From Welwitschia mirabilis (lineage: Eukaryota), in the NCBI GenBank assembly GCA_051453625.1, contig JBOZIK010000001.1, forward strand, positions 29,177,844-29,241,843: 64,000 nucleotides of DNA, written 5' to 3'. The notes below the pieces were generated by a model. That model was not told the DNA's origin and did no database searches. It was given only the letters and a program-made list of their open reading frames with translations. The position numbers were made by a program, and so were the translations under genes. Below, piece by piece: positions 51,648-64,000 of this stretch; position 1 is the stretch's first letter, and each line of letters starts with the position of its first letter.

Positions 51648-52299
51648 NNNNNNNNNNNNNNNNNNNNNNNNNNNNNNNNNNNNNNNNNNNNNNNNNNNNN
51701 NNNNNNNNNNNNNNNNNNNNNNNNNNNNNNNNNNNNNNNNNNNNNNNNNNNNNNNNNNNNNNNNNNNNNNNNNNNNNNNNNNNNNNNNNNNNNNNNNNNN
51801 NNNNNNNNNNNNNNNNNNNNNNNNNNNNNNNNNNNNNNNNNNNNNNNNNNNNNNNNNNNNNNNNNNNNNNNNNNNNNNNNNNNNNNNNNNNNNNNNNNNN
51901 NNNNNNNNNNNNNNNNNNNNNNNNNNNNNNNNNNNNNNNNNNNNNNNNNNNNNNNNNNNNNNNNNNNNNNNNNNNNNNNNNNNNNNNNNNNNNNNNNNNN
52001 NNNNNNNNNNNNNNNNNNNNNNNNNNNNNNNNNNNNNNNNNNNNNNNNNNNNNNNNNNNNNNNNNNNNNNNNNNNNNNNNNNNNNNNNNNNNNNNNNNNN
52101 NNNNNNNNNNNNNNNNNNNNNNNNNNNNNNNNNNNNNNNNNNNNNNNNNNNNNNNNNNNNNNNNNNNNNNNNNNNNNNNNNNNNNNNNNNNNNNNNNNNN
52201 NNNNNNNNNNNNNNNNNNNNNNNNNNNNNNNNNNNNNNNNNNNNNNNNNNNNNNNNNNNNNNNNNNNNNNNNNNNNNNNNNNNNNNNNNNNNNNNNNNN
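51648..52299. other. Assembly gap inside the Athila integrase
   Basis: Run of N. Confidence 1.
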
Positions 52300-55200
52300 C
52301 TACGAAATTGATTACCCAATAGTTAAAAGGTTCAAACTCAAGAATAGATTTGAGGGGCATATTTTGTAATTGTATAATGCCACCTAAATGTTAACATACA
52401 TCGCACCTTTTAGCATACTCAAAAGAGTTTTAAAAAATACTAGGCTAATAGAATCCAGAGTAGAGAATTTTCATGGCTATTTTATAACTACTAAAATATC
52501 CACCACAAATGCCACCATGACAAAGGCAAAGGATATCAAATTTCTCCCATTTGGGTAAACATTTTTTCATGATTTTATTCTTACATCTATAATGAAGATG
52601 GGACGTTATCCAGTTGTAATTACCTATCTTATAGAGAAAAGATTTTCTTTGGTTGTAACTCCAATTTCATATTATTTTTAAAGTGATAAAATAGTTAATG
52701 ATCTCCACATATCATGGAGGAAAATAAGTAGAAGATACAACAAATAATTGTTTATTTGAAAAATGATAACTAATAGGAATATCATTAGAATAAGTAAGGT
52801 ATGATAAGTTATCTGCCATTTTTGTTATGTTTTTCTCCTTATCTATGTGGTGAGATTAAATTCTTGAGAAACAATTTAATCAACCTACCTCTAGAATATT
52901 TCTTAGTTATTAGGTATTTAATAGTTGCATGATTTATGTATACATTGTGTAAAAGCCTAAAAGATAATATCTAAGATTGTTAAGGTAAAATATTATGGCT
53001 AACATTTCTCACTCAGTAGTTGAATAGTTGGCTTAAGCCTTAGATAATGTTTTATTATGATAAGATATGACTTTCAACTCACTTTTATATTTCTATCCAA
53101 GCACCCAACCTATAGCAAAATTACTGCACATTAACTCAAAATATTTCTCCAAATTAGGTCTTATTATGATAGGGACCTATGAGAGTTTATGTTTGAGTTT
53201 ATTAAAAGCAAACTGGAAAAATGTATTCCAATTAAATTTGACTTTTTTCTCCTAGTAATTCATATAGGGGTTTATAGATTTTAGCTTAATATTATATGAA
53301 ATGCTAATAAAATCACAAATGTCCAAGAAAAGATCAGAGTTATCTAACATTGAATAGAATAGCTAAGTGTTGAATGATATCAAGTATTTTAGCTTTCATC
53401 TTTTTTCCTCTTTTAGAAATGAGGTGGTCTAAAATAATTCCGTTTTCAACTAAGAATAAACTTTTTTCCCACCTCAAATAAAGATTAAATTCTATGCATC
53501 TATCAAGGACATTTTTTAATTTTTCTAAGATTTAATCAAATGTTTCTCCAAAGATAGAAAAGTCATTCATAAAGATTTCTATTGAATCCACTAACATGTT
53601 TAAAAAGATATCCATCATATCATATTGAAAATTCCTAGGAGTATTACATAAACCAAAAGGTATTTATCTAAAATAAAACATCCTAAATGGCAAAGTAAAT
53701 GTGGTTTTAACTTGATCTTTGCTAGCTATGCAAACTTGGTTATAACTAGTATATCCATCTAAAAAGTAACAAAGATAATATCCCTAAATTCTATCAAGTA
53801 TTTGGTCAAGGAAGGGGAGAGGCTAATGATATTTTCTTATGACTTCATTCAATTTTCTAAAATCTATGTAGACTCTTCATTTCCCATTCTTTGTTGGTAC
53901 TATAGTTAAGGGACTAATCGAATTACTATCTGATATAGAGTAAATGATTTTAGTATCTATTAACTCAATGATTCCATTTTTAACTACTTTTTTAAGTTCT
54001 AGATTTAATCTTCTTTATGGTTGCCTAATTGATTTTACATTTTTGTCAAGATAGATTTTATGCTAAATGATAAAAGAAGGAATGACAGATAAATCTTAAT
54101 AAGTCAAGAGGGAGATTAATATTGAATCTAGTTGAAAGCAAAGATTTTCATTGATTATAACAAGTTTATTTCAATTATCATAAAGAAAAATATGTTTTAG
54201 TTCATTAGAAATATTTTTAGATTTAAACTAAAATTTTTACAATGGATTGGATGATCTTCCTTAAAGTATGAGTTTTTATTTAATTGTTGATCTTTCTTAT
54301 AATCTAAGGGTACTAATTCTCTATTATGATCTAAAATATCATGATCAAATTTGAATGTATAAAATTCTTTTAAATTCTTAACCTAAAGTGAAACATCATA
54401 AACTATGGATTCATGTAATATTAACCATCTTTCTTCAAGGAGACGATGTTAAAGAGGGGAAAAAAGTTGATTTGATTTTATCTTCTATGTTCCATTCATC
54501 ATCTAGGTTTTTTAGGTAGCACTAAAAACTGTAATTAAAAACTTTTTATTTTCTAGGTAACACTCTATTATCCTAGTTCTTATGTTAATAATTCAGTGGG
54601 CTATTACACAGAAAGCTCATCCTAGAAGTCATGGATAATCTCTATTATATACAACCTCTATGATAACCACATCTATTGGGTAACATTCCTCTTCAATTTG
54701 GATTACTAAATATTTAATAACTCCTAAGGATTTATTCACTAAAGTATCCACTAGCTATAAGAGAATTCGAGTAGACTCTCTTCTATTTTATAACCCAAGT
54801 CTCTTACAAATGTGAAATGGCATGATGTTAACACTCAACGTTTCTAATATTTTTATTTTTCTCTAATATAATACTAACTGTTATTGTCCTTTGAATCTTT
54901 AAATTTTGGATATTTTTATAACACTAAATTCATGAGGGATTATGCTAAAAAGACTTTTCTAGGAATAAGCCATTTATATTTTCTTCTTCTTAAGTCTTTT
55001 CATAGCTTTTAGTACCTTGTATTTTTTGTAAAAGATTTTATAAGGGTAAGATTATGTTCAAATTTTTCATTAATAATTTAAGATGTTCATTGAAAGTTGA
55101 ATTAGAGTTGAGCCTATCAAGCCAAGAAGTAGCTAGTTACTTTTTTGATTATTGTGAAGAATCTTTCTTTTTACTTTTATCAAGAAGACATAATTCATAA

Positions 55201-57286
55201 TCTTCTAACATTTCAATGTCCTCTTCTTCCTCATCATTTCTAGTGTCATTTTAAATGGTTTATGTTTCAAAAGAAAAAGGGTTGATTTCTTAATCATTTT
55301 GTATTACAATCTTACAATCTCTTCTTATTTTATTGGGGTTTGATAAAGGTTATGTAGCCAATGATCCTTATGTTCTTTAGTTTTCTAACTTTGTTTGTTG
55401 AAGGGTATTTACTAAGTATTTGATGTTGACATTTTATTTTTCTAAGCTAACATTGTTTTTTTAATGTTACAACTTAATCTTTTTTATGATTTTCTAATTT
55501 TATGTAATGGATCATTTGAATGTTAAAAGTTTGATGAACTTAGTTGGAAATTTAAATTTTTGAATCATTTTTTAAATATTTGAAATTTATTTTGAAAATT
55601 TTGGAACTTGCTATCAAATGTTTATGGATTTAAACTAGGTTGTGTCTAATTTTGATTTTTGAAGTTTGGAAATTTTTGATTTAAATCACAAAATTCTTCA
55701 TGTATTTTTTCTTTATAGGTTGATAAAAGTGGATAATCTTTGATAATGAGATAGTCATCCTTACATAAATTACGTGTTAATACGACATTATTCTTAGTTG
55801 TTAATTTGGCATCTAAGATCATTTCAGTGTATTTCTCTATATTTATTCTAAAATTTTTAATTAGATTTGTAGGTTTGTCTTCATCTTCTATCTTCTTTAC
55901 TTGTTTAACCTCTTTTATATCTTTGCTGAGTTGTCCTATAATGCATTTTCTTTTGATGTTGGCCAAATTTATCTTACCTTCACAAATTCTTTTTATAATT
56001 TCTAGGAATTATCTAATGTAAGATTTGTAAGATTTCCATTACAAAAAAATTCTTTAGGTTATTTTGTGTGATCGTCTAACCTACTATAAAAGTAGTTAAT
56101 TAGTTCTATTTGTGTAAAAGCATCTATTGGATTAGAGTAAATATCCACAAATAAGAATTCATATGTAAAAGTATAATCCTCATTTGGTTGTTGTTAAAAT
56201 TTACTTCTTTCTTTTTCCTTTTTCTAATAGTTTCTTCACTAATTAACCTTTTAGTGAAGGTTTCTTGGACTTGATCCTAAGAGTTTAAACTTTTGTGAAA
56301 TATAGTTTTTAGCTAATTTTTTTCTTTTTCTCTTAATATCATAAAAAATAACCATGTATGTTTGATCACAGTCCTTTTCTTTCCATTCCCAAAGGTAAGA
56401 ACTAATTGTTCTATGTCCACAATGTGTTGGAGAGGGTTCTCATCAGATTCACCATTGAAGATTGGATAAGCATTTAGGTTCTTTAACTCTACATAATCTC
56501 CTAGTGGTAAATCGAAAGGAGTTTGAATTTCTTATTTCCTATGTGCTAATAATTCCCTAAGGGTAAGTTTTACATTAGGACTAGGACTTAAAGATCCTAC
56601 ATCTTATTTTTACTTTTGTGCAGTGCTTGATATTGTAAAATTACTATTTTCTTCTTCTAAACTTTCTTCTATAACATTTTCATAAATGGAATCAAATTCA
56701 GAAAAAATAAATTTAGAAGGAAGATTGTATCCACTTGGAGATTGTTTTTCCAATTAGATTTTAATGTCCACTAATCCTTTCTAAATGTTTTTTTCTATTA
56801 ATAGCATTTTTCTCTAATAGTTCTTTTTTGGATTAACCATATCATAGCATCCTACAAATAGAAAATAATAGAAAATGAAACCAAAAACGAAAAAAACCCA
56901 TCCTGTCTATCATGAAAATGACAAAGGGGATGATAAACAAAAAGAGCTAAAAATAGAAAATAAACAGAGTTGAAACCAAAAAATAAAGGATCATTATCCC
57001 TCCAATCACATGGATGGCAAAGGAGATAATAGAGACTGATCATTATTATACTAACAAAAAATTTTAATCTAAAAATAAAAACTAAAGTCATAGATTATCA
57101 TCCTACCTATGATGAAGATAATAGAGGTGACAATAGTATTTTTACTACTGAAATTAAACCTTAAAAATACAAATAGAAAACCTATAGTTCTTAATTAAAA
57201 TACAACATTCGTATGGATAAACAACCAAATGGAAATTTGATTTACTAATTCAATTGATGACAATCCTTATACTCCTTAATAGCCTT

Positions 57287-57303
57287 TTCCTGTAATGGTG
57301 TTA
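57287..57303 (-). other. Decayed tRNA-Asp-type PBS of the Athila-like element
   Basis: Plus TTCCTGTAATGGTGTTA versus the expected TCCCCGGCAACGGCGCCA, 3 nt from the LTR end. Confidence 0.6.
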
Positions 57304-58399
57304 AGATGTTGTAATGCATATTTTTACATGCGCACTCTAGTATGAATGGCAGTGTCCTACATGTTGTATCTCATTGAATACATAAGAGATAAGAAGAGAA
57401 TTGATTTTCTAGAAGAAATTATAGAATAATGTAGAAAATAAAGATGTAATTCAAATGTAAATGTAACTAACTCTAAATGAAATAAAAAATAATCCTCAAA
57501 CTAAGTTCTTTTAACCTTAACAAAGGTTATTCTTAAGACCTATATTACCAATGAAAATATCACTAGATTAAGGATAACATAAACCATAAGGAAAATATTA
57601 AAAAATTAAGATGCACATTAAAAATATAGTTCTATATTAGAATAAAAAGTATCATATGGATTACAAGATAGCTGAGCCTCAATGAAGGATACACATTCCT
57701 TTATTAAGAGAATTTCTTTCTACAACTTATGAGATGAATCTCTAACTCTTAAAACTCTTGAGAATGTCTAGTACAAATGAAGATAAATAGAAGAGTCAAA
57801 GGGAAATCTTATTTATAGGTCTAATAGCCAAAACTAATATACAAAAGGTGTTGTAAAATGTGCTCAATGATAAAAAAGAAATGAATAAAACAAATAAAGA
57901 TGTGCTGATAGTTACAGTGTTATTTTGGCTATTGTGGGGATGACCAAGGGGAATGATGAATCAAACATTATAATTATTATCTTGCATGTTATGAGGATGA
58001 CCATGGGGATGATAACCCTTTTCTTACGATGATTGAATAGTCCACATCAACATCTAATGTGTCACCATCATACCTATCGTGGAAACTATAGAGGAGACAA
58101 TAGTCTTCTTTATTATTCTAACTTGGAAGAAGTTAGCCTTTTTCATCAGTGATCTTCCTTCAAAGCCATGTGCATTATAATGTGTCTTAAATGTCTTCAA
58201 TTATGATAATAATTGGACATTTATAAGGTCTTTCTTCAATCATTTATAATCCTCAAAATTACACTAATACATGTGTAAATGTCCTACAAAATAGCTCATA
58301 ACACCTCATCAAATGCATATAATTTGGTAGTACATCATCCACATATAATATGGTAATAATACATTCTTAAGGTATTAAACTATAATCTCTTATAAAAAG

Positions 58400-58482
58400 G
58401 GTGAAATGTATGCAATATATGGACTCAAACCCTTGACCTTGTCATTAATTATACCTCTCTCTAATCATTATACCAACTAATT
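58400..58482 (-). mobile_element. Possible decayed tRNA-derived SINE head
   Basis: Minus strand TAGTTGGTATAATGATTAGAG ... AGGTCAAGGGTTTGAGTCC has A/B-box-like spacing. Confidence 0.35.
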
Positions 58483-60488
58483 CAAACATGAAATAAAAGA
58501 AATGATTAAAAATATAAAATGCTACCATTAGAAATGAATTTTTTTAAAAGAAATGTGTTCAATTTTTTTTTCTTATCATCTCATGAAATGTGTTCTCTTC
58601 TCCTCTTATTTGCCTCATCTATTTTTTATTATGGCCTCCTCTAACCATTCTTCATTTTTCATTTTTATCATGCATGTTTGACTTTTCGTACTAATTATTA
58701 AGATTTCCCTTCATCAATGGCATAGTCATGCATATAAGGTAGAGGACCATCTTTTAATTTGATCCTTTCTTAACTATTTTAGAAATTTTCATCATTATCG
58801 TTAGTAACAAAATTAGTATTTGTTCTACTAACATACTAGATATTGGAGTCGTTTTTTGTTAATCAATATTAGACAAGAATCCTACTAATTTCTTAGTTTA
58901 ACTATTCATTCTTTAAGTTCCATGGTATTCTTCAGCCACTATATCAAGATCCAAATCCTCATAGCTAGTTAAATCTCTAATAATGTAAAATACAAACCTT
59001 TAAATTTCTCTATTGATTCTACTGAAGGAAGATAAAATTATAAATGGTGGCATCATTCAAATTTGTAAAAACTTAAATTTGCAATTCATTAATATTATGA
59101 ATTCTAAACTAAGTGATATTAAATATTTCTTTGATTGCTTTCATGTGCCTAATGTTTAATGGGAGCAAACCTTATGTTTTTTTCCATCACTCATCTATCA
59201 AATTCATAAAGTTCCATCATATAATGAGAAAAAGAAGAAAAACCATCCTATAAAATATTAAATTCCCAACCTAATTATTTATCTTATATTAATTTTAAGA
59301 GAATAGGGAATATGATGTTTAATGATTCTCTCATGACTATCTCTTAACTCATGGATTATCTATACATTTTCTTATAACCACATGACTAGTATTTCTCTTC
59401 TACTTACTTATGCAAATTATAATCCTTTTTCCATCTTCATTGATCATTATTCCTCTTTTCAAATGAAAATGCATTCAAACAATTCTTCCTCCTTCTCATG
59501 TGCATCTTTTTTTGAAACCAATGCCTTAACATCTCTCTCCTTCATTTAAAAATATTACTTAAAATGTAAATGGAAATTCTTAAGTGCATAGTATAAAATT
59601 CTTCATTTGGATTAGATTTGTATTAGATTCAAAACTAGAAAAATGCATGATCCATTTCAAATAAGACACATATAAGAAATTTAATGTTAGAAATACAACA
59701 ATGTGATTGGTTATAAAATGGAGCTTGAAGACATCATGTTCAAAGTTTAAATATCTACAAAAATTATTCTATGAAAAAGACCTATTTTATTTAAATTATA
59801 AAATCTTCTTTCAAGTATAAATTCATCTAACATATCTTCTAACATGATGCATACTTCTTTATGATGGTAATAATTGATTAACTTACATGTCTATCATAAT
59901 GGTAAAGATGATTTGTAGAGTATTCTAAAATCACATAGGTTGTTCATTCAAGTTTTTTAAATGACATTTTTAATATATATCATGTACTGATTTAGTTTTA
60001 ATTTATTAGAGAAAATCTTTGGTATCATAATAATGAGTTTAAATTTTTTAACTAATAATCTTAAGGTATCAAAGCAACATCATACTTTTTAGATATTAAA
60101 AAATGGATGTTACATTTCAGTATAAAAGCAATGAGTTTAAAGTTTTCATCTAATAAGTTTAGTTTATTAATTAGAATTTTTCAATATTAAAAAGTGGACA
60201 TTACATTTTGGTATTAGAGACTAGCTTGAAAAACTCACTGCGTACAACTATTGTTAAGTTTGTGAATTTACTAGGCATAACTGCCATTGTGCTTGCAAAT
60301 TCATTGGGCATAACTATTTTACATTTTTACTAGGCATAACTACTATTAATGTTTCAAGTTATAACATGAAAATTTAGGTTTATAACATAGATAGCTTGAT
60401 TTTTATAAAGCTTGAAATGACCCTAAGAAGAGTAGTAAAAGAAATTAACTAAAGTTACAACACTAGTCAATAACTTAGTGGATGAGCT

Positions 60489-63400
60489 TGCTAGGATCAA
60501 GAATCCTAGAGAGGAGGTGAATAGGTTCTTTTAAAAACTTAACAAATACTTTGAAATGAATATATTTGAATCACAACTTACATATGAAAATAAATCTATC
60601 TAAGATGTGCATAATAGAATATAATATTAAAAATAAAGGAAAAAATGCATAAACTACCAAATAGATGTAAGCTGGATTTATAGTGGTTTGAGAAACTCCC
60701 CTACTTCACTATTGACAATCAACTTCTCTCAAGATTGATCTCGGATCTCTGTTACTCCATCAAGTATTCAAGGTTTACCTATAAGCTTTACAAGCTAACT
60801 TTTCCAAGTAAAGTATTAACCTTCAGCACATATTTTCAAGTCTTAGTCTCAACTTTTAGCACAGACTTTTTAGGGCTCAGTCTCAATCTTTAGCAAATGA
60901 AATAGTGATGTGGTGATGCCTCAATAGCCTAAATAACACGTTCTAAAGCAATATAATAGATAGAGCTCTTCTCCTATAACAATACACTAATATTACTCTA
61001 GAGCTGACTTTGAATGCAATGTATGTGCCAATGATAGATCTCCTCTAGTCAGATGTGTAGAAGTTAATATATACAATGTAAAAGCACAGCCTGACTTTTT
61101 AGATCCAAAATTATTTAGCCAAATATAAGAGGTTCTAAAAAGTTAAAAAACCTCTTTTAGTTATTTATGGCTTAGCTATTTATAGTGAAAGACTACTAGG
61201 GTTTAATACATTTCAATTACACTTCCAACAACTATAAATGACTAGAAAATGATTACATAATGGCTAGATAATGAATACATAACATTTAGAAAAACTTATT
61301 TTTCATGCCATTCAGTTGACTCCACAAAAATCCAGTCGACCCTATTTGGTGCCATGAATTACATGAGTTTCCTAAGAGAAGAATTCAGTTGCCCTAGGAT
61401 TTTACATCTCCAACTCCAGTCGACTCCCTCTAGGTTTGGTCAATACCAATCCGATCGATCCCATCCTAGATTCACTTAACCCCTTTTCTCTTAGTTTGGG
61501 AATATTGCCTATTAGGTTCTCAAATCTAGTTGACCCCATGAAAATCTAGTTGACCCCTTTCCATTTAGTTTAGGGTCACTGATTCTCTAAGTTACAGGTC
61601 CGGTTGATCCTATCAAAATCAAGTTGATCACTCTGAATGTAGTTTATTTTCCTTTGATAGCTTCAGATGTGGTCTATCCCTTTAGGATTCAGTCAACCCC
61701 TCTGAAAGGTGAATCAATTGAGTAGGTTTCTAGTGCATATTTTAGTTCCATCTTTCAACCTGCAAAAACACAAACTCTTCTATGTAAAATATACAACATT
61801 TGCTACATAAGAGATATTAGTTTGACATCAATTGGTAAAATATAATTTAATAATCTCCTTTTTTGATATTAATGGGAAACACATAAGTGATTTCAAGATC
61901 AAACAAATATAAGCTCTTTCAACAAACAAATTTAAGAGCTTTTTAACATAATAAAAAATCCTCCTTTCACAAATCCATATAAACAACATTAAGCTAAGGG
62001 TATATATAAAATATTTCTAAAATGCATATGTTTGAAAACACTATATTTTATCCTCCTTTGACATCAATGGCAAAGAAATATAAACCTTAAATGTGTATCT
62101 AGAAATATCACAAAATTTCCTCCTAACATTATGTCATATGTAAAAATAATAATCATGATAGAATTGTAAAGAAATTATGTAAAGAAGATGATAATTTTTC
62201 AATTGATAATGTCTAAAAAGAAAACCAACTAAGATTTGGTTAATATGATAAGACAAAATAAAACATCGGAATATTAAAAGATCATAGATAAAATTCTATA
62301 AAAATTGTTAATAGATCAAAATAGAAATGACAAAATAGATGATGATTTATTATTCTGCTACTGTGACAACTATAGAACTTTTAAGAGACCAGGTGACTGA
62401 GTATAAAACTGGTCGAGAAACCTATTTCAGTTAATTAAATATCAAGTTCAGTTGACCACCCTGCAATTAAGTATAGGATAGTGAGAGAACTTCTAGTTCA
62501 TGTCTAAGATGAATAAAAGTATCAAAGTTCAGGAATTACTAAAAATATCTGCTAATTGTTGATCTGTAAATATAAAATTCATAGATATATATTCTTTTTT
62601 AGCTTGATGATGAAGGAAATAAAGTCTAAGTTTAATATGCTTTGTTCTTGAGTGCTGGACTAGATTTTTAGATATATTAATAGCACTGGTGTTGTTACAA
62701 AAAATAGGAACTTGTTTAAAAGTAATACCAAAATATTTCAACATTTCTTTTATCAATAAAAGGTGAGTGCAATAACTTCCTGCAACAATAAATTCTGCTC
62801 CTAAAATAGAGAGAGAAATAGAGTTTTATTTCTTACTTATCTATCATACTAAATATGAACCTAAAAGAAAGCAATTTTCACTTGTGCTTTTTCAATCATA
62901 TTTGCATTTAGCCCAATCTACATCACTAAAACCTACAATATCAAAAGATGTTTTATTGGAATACCATAAATCATAATCACATGTACCTTTTATATAGCTG
63001 ATCATCCTTTTTACTAGCTAAAAATGGAATTCTTTTGGACTAGATTGTTATCTTACACAAACTCCAACACTGAACATGATATCTAGTTGCCTTGCAGTCA
63101 AATACAATAAACTACCAATCATGCTTCTATAAAGTTTTTGATCTACTAATTTATCATTTTTGACTAAGCTTACTTTACATGAAGTAGACATAGGAGTATC
63201 AATTTTTTTTCCATTATCTAGGCCAAATTAGTTTACTAAATTTCTTATATATTTAGATTGATAGATAAATATTCCATCTTTAGATTGCTTAATTTGAAGT
63301 CCAAGAAAAATTTTAACTTTCCAAAGCATACTCATTTCAAATTGATTTATCATAATGTTTGTAAATTCTTTTGATAACTTCTCATTTGAGGAACCAAAAT

Positions 63401-64000
63401 AATATCATCTATATAAATCTGTATAATAATGAAATTATTTTTTAATTTTTTCACAAATAAATTTTTGTCTACTATTCCTTGAACATATCCATTGTTATTT
63501 AAAAAGGTATCTAGCTTTTCATACCATGCTCTTGGAGCTTATTTTAAATTATATAAATATTTCTTAAATCTATGCATATGATTAGATCTATAAGGATTAA
63601 TAAAATGTTATGGTTGTTTAACATAAACTTCTTCAATTAATGATCCATATAGAAAAGCACTTTTTACATCCATTTGATAAACATTAAAGTTATTAAAATT
63701 TACAAAAGATAAAAACATTCTAATGTTACCAATCTTCCAATAGAAGCAAAAGTATTTCCTACATCAATACCTTCTATTTTGTTGTAGCCTTAAGCTACTA
63801 GTCTTGCTTTTTTTTATAACATTATTTTCTTTATCACACTTATTCTAAAAGATCTATTTTATACTAATTACATTCTTATCTTTTAGTCTCTATACTAGTT
63901 TTCAAACATTATTTCTTTTAAACTGTTGTAGCTCATCTTACATTACCAACATCCATTCTTCATGAGCTTCTACTTCTTTGAAGTTCTTGGGCTCTATCTT
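60489..64000 (-). mobile_element. Sirevirus-like Copia 3' half: 3' LTR 60489-61852, PPTs, RNase H and RT remnant; continues off the right edge
   Basis: LTR homologous to the family. PPT-like copies at about 61853 and 62050. RNase H reads IFCNNTSAINISKNLVQHSRTKHI...QQLADIF. RT reads KARLVA*GYN...YQMDVKSAFL...APRAWYEKL...YRSMIGSLLYLTA. Confidence 0.95.

Larger units (their letters stand above)
49060..58337 (-). mobile_element. Athila-like Ty3/Gypsy: 5' LTR 57307-58337, PBS, gag-pol remnant, truncated 3' LTR (about 49060-49416)
   Basis: LTR segments 49060-49416 and 57990-58337 align and both end in plus-strand CATCA. RT at about 53350-53950 reads YSISDS...IDFRKLNE...PLPFLDQILDR...FLDGYTSYNQV...IPFGLCNTP...EIFMNDFSIFG. 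Integrase end at 51200-51640. PPT at about 49420-49438. Confidence 0.88.

Noticed and set aside
51627..52360. ORFs of 230-239 aa
   Set aside because: They are almost entirely N gap.
58700..59950. Possible Copia gag remnants on the minus strand
   Set aside because: Only faint motifs (DLDLD, NY..H) are visible, too decayed to delimit.
127..61852. LTRs at 127 and 60489 as the two ends of one giant element
   Set aside because: The PBS and PPT positions show that both internal regions point out of the window, so they are separate insertions.

Overview
This is very AT-rich, repeat-dense plant nuclear DNA with three N gaps (9113-10009, 13636-13640, 51648-52299). I can support only one intact host gene: an intronless two-finger QALGGH C2H2 zinc-finger/EAR gene (ZAT/C1-2i type, 15611-16381, minus). 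A decayed tandem paralog with its promoter lies about 5.7 kb away (about 21200-22615) and is missed by the ORF track. The rest is mostly nested, decayed transposons. One Sirevirus-like Copia family contributes five LTRs: a 5' LTR plus gag start at the left edge, a solo LTR with a perfect TSD upstream of the gene, an internally deleted element keeping gag-PR and an env-like ORF, and a 3' LTR plus RT/RNase H at the right edge. There are also two Athila-like Gypsy elements, a compact CRM-like non-autonomous Gypsy, a 5'-truncated L1 LINE, other Copia pol remnants and probable MULE transposase debris. Old repeats show strongly C>T/G>A-biased decay, apparently including non-CpG sites. All alignments were made by eye, and boundaries without TG..CA or TSD support are approximate. 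I found no clearly novel system; the findings are ranked leads.
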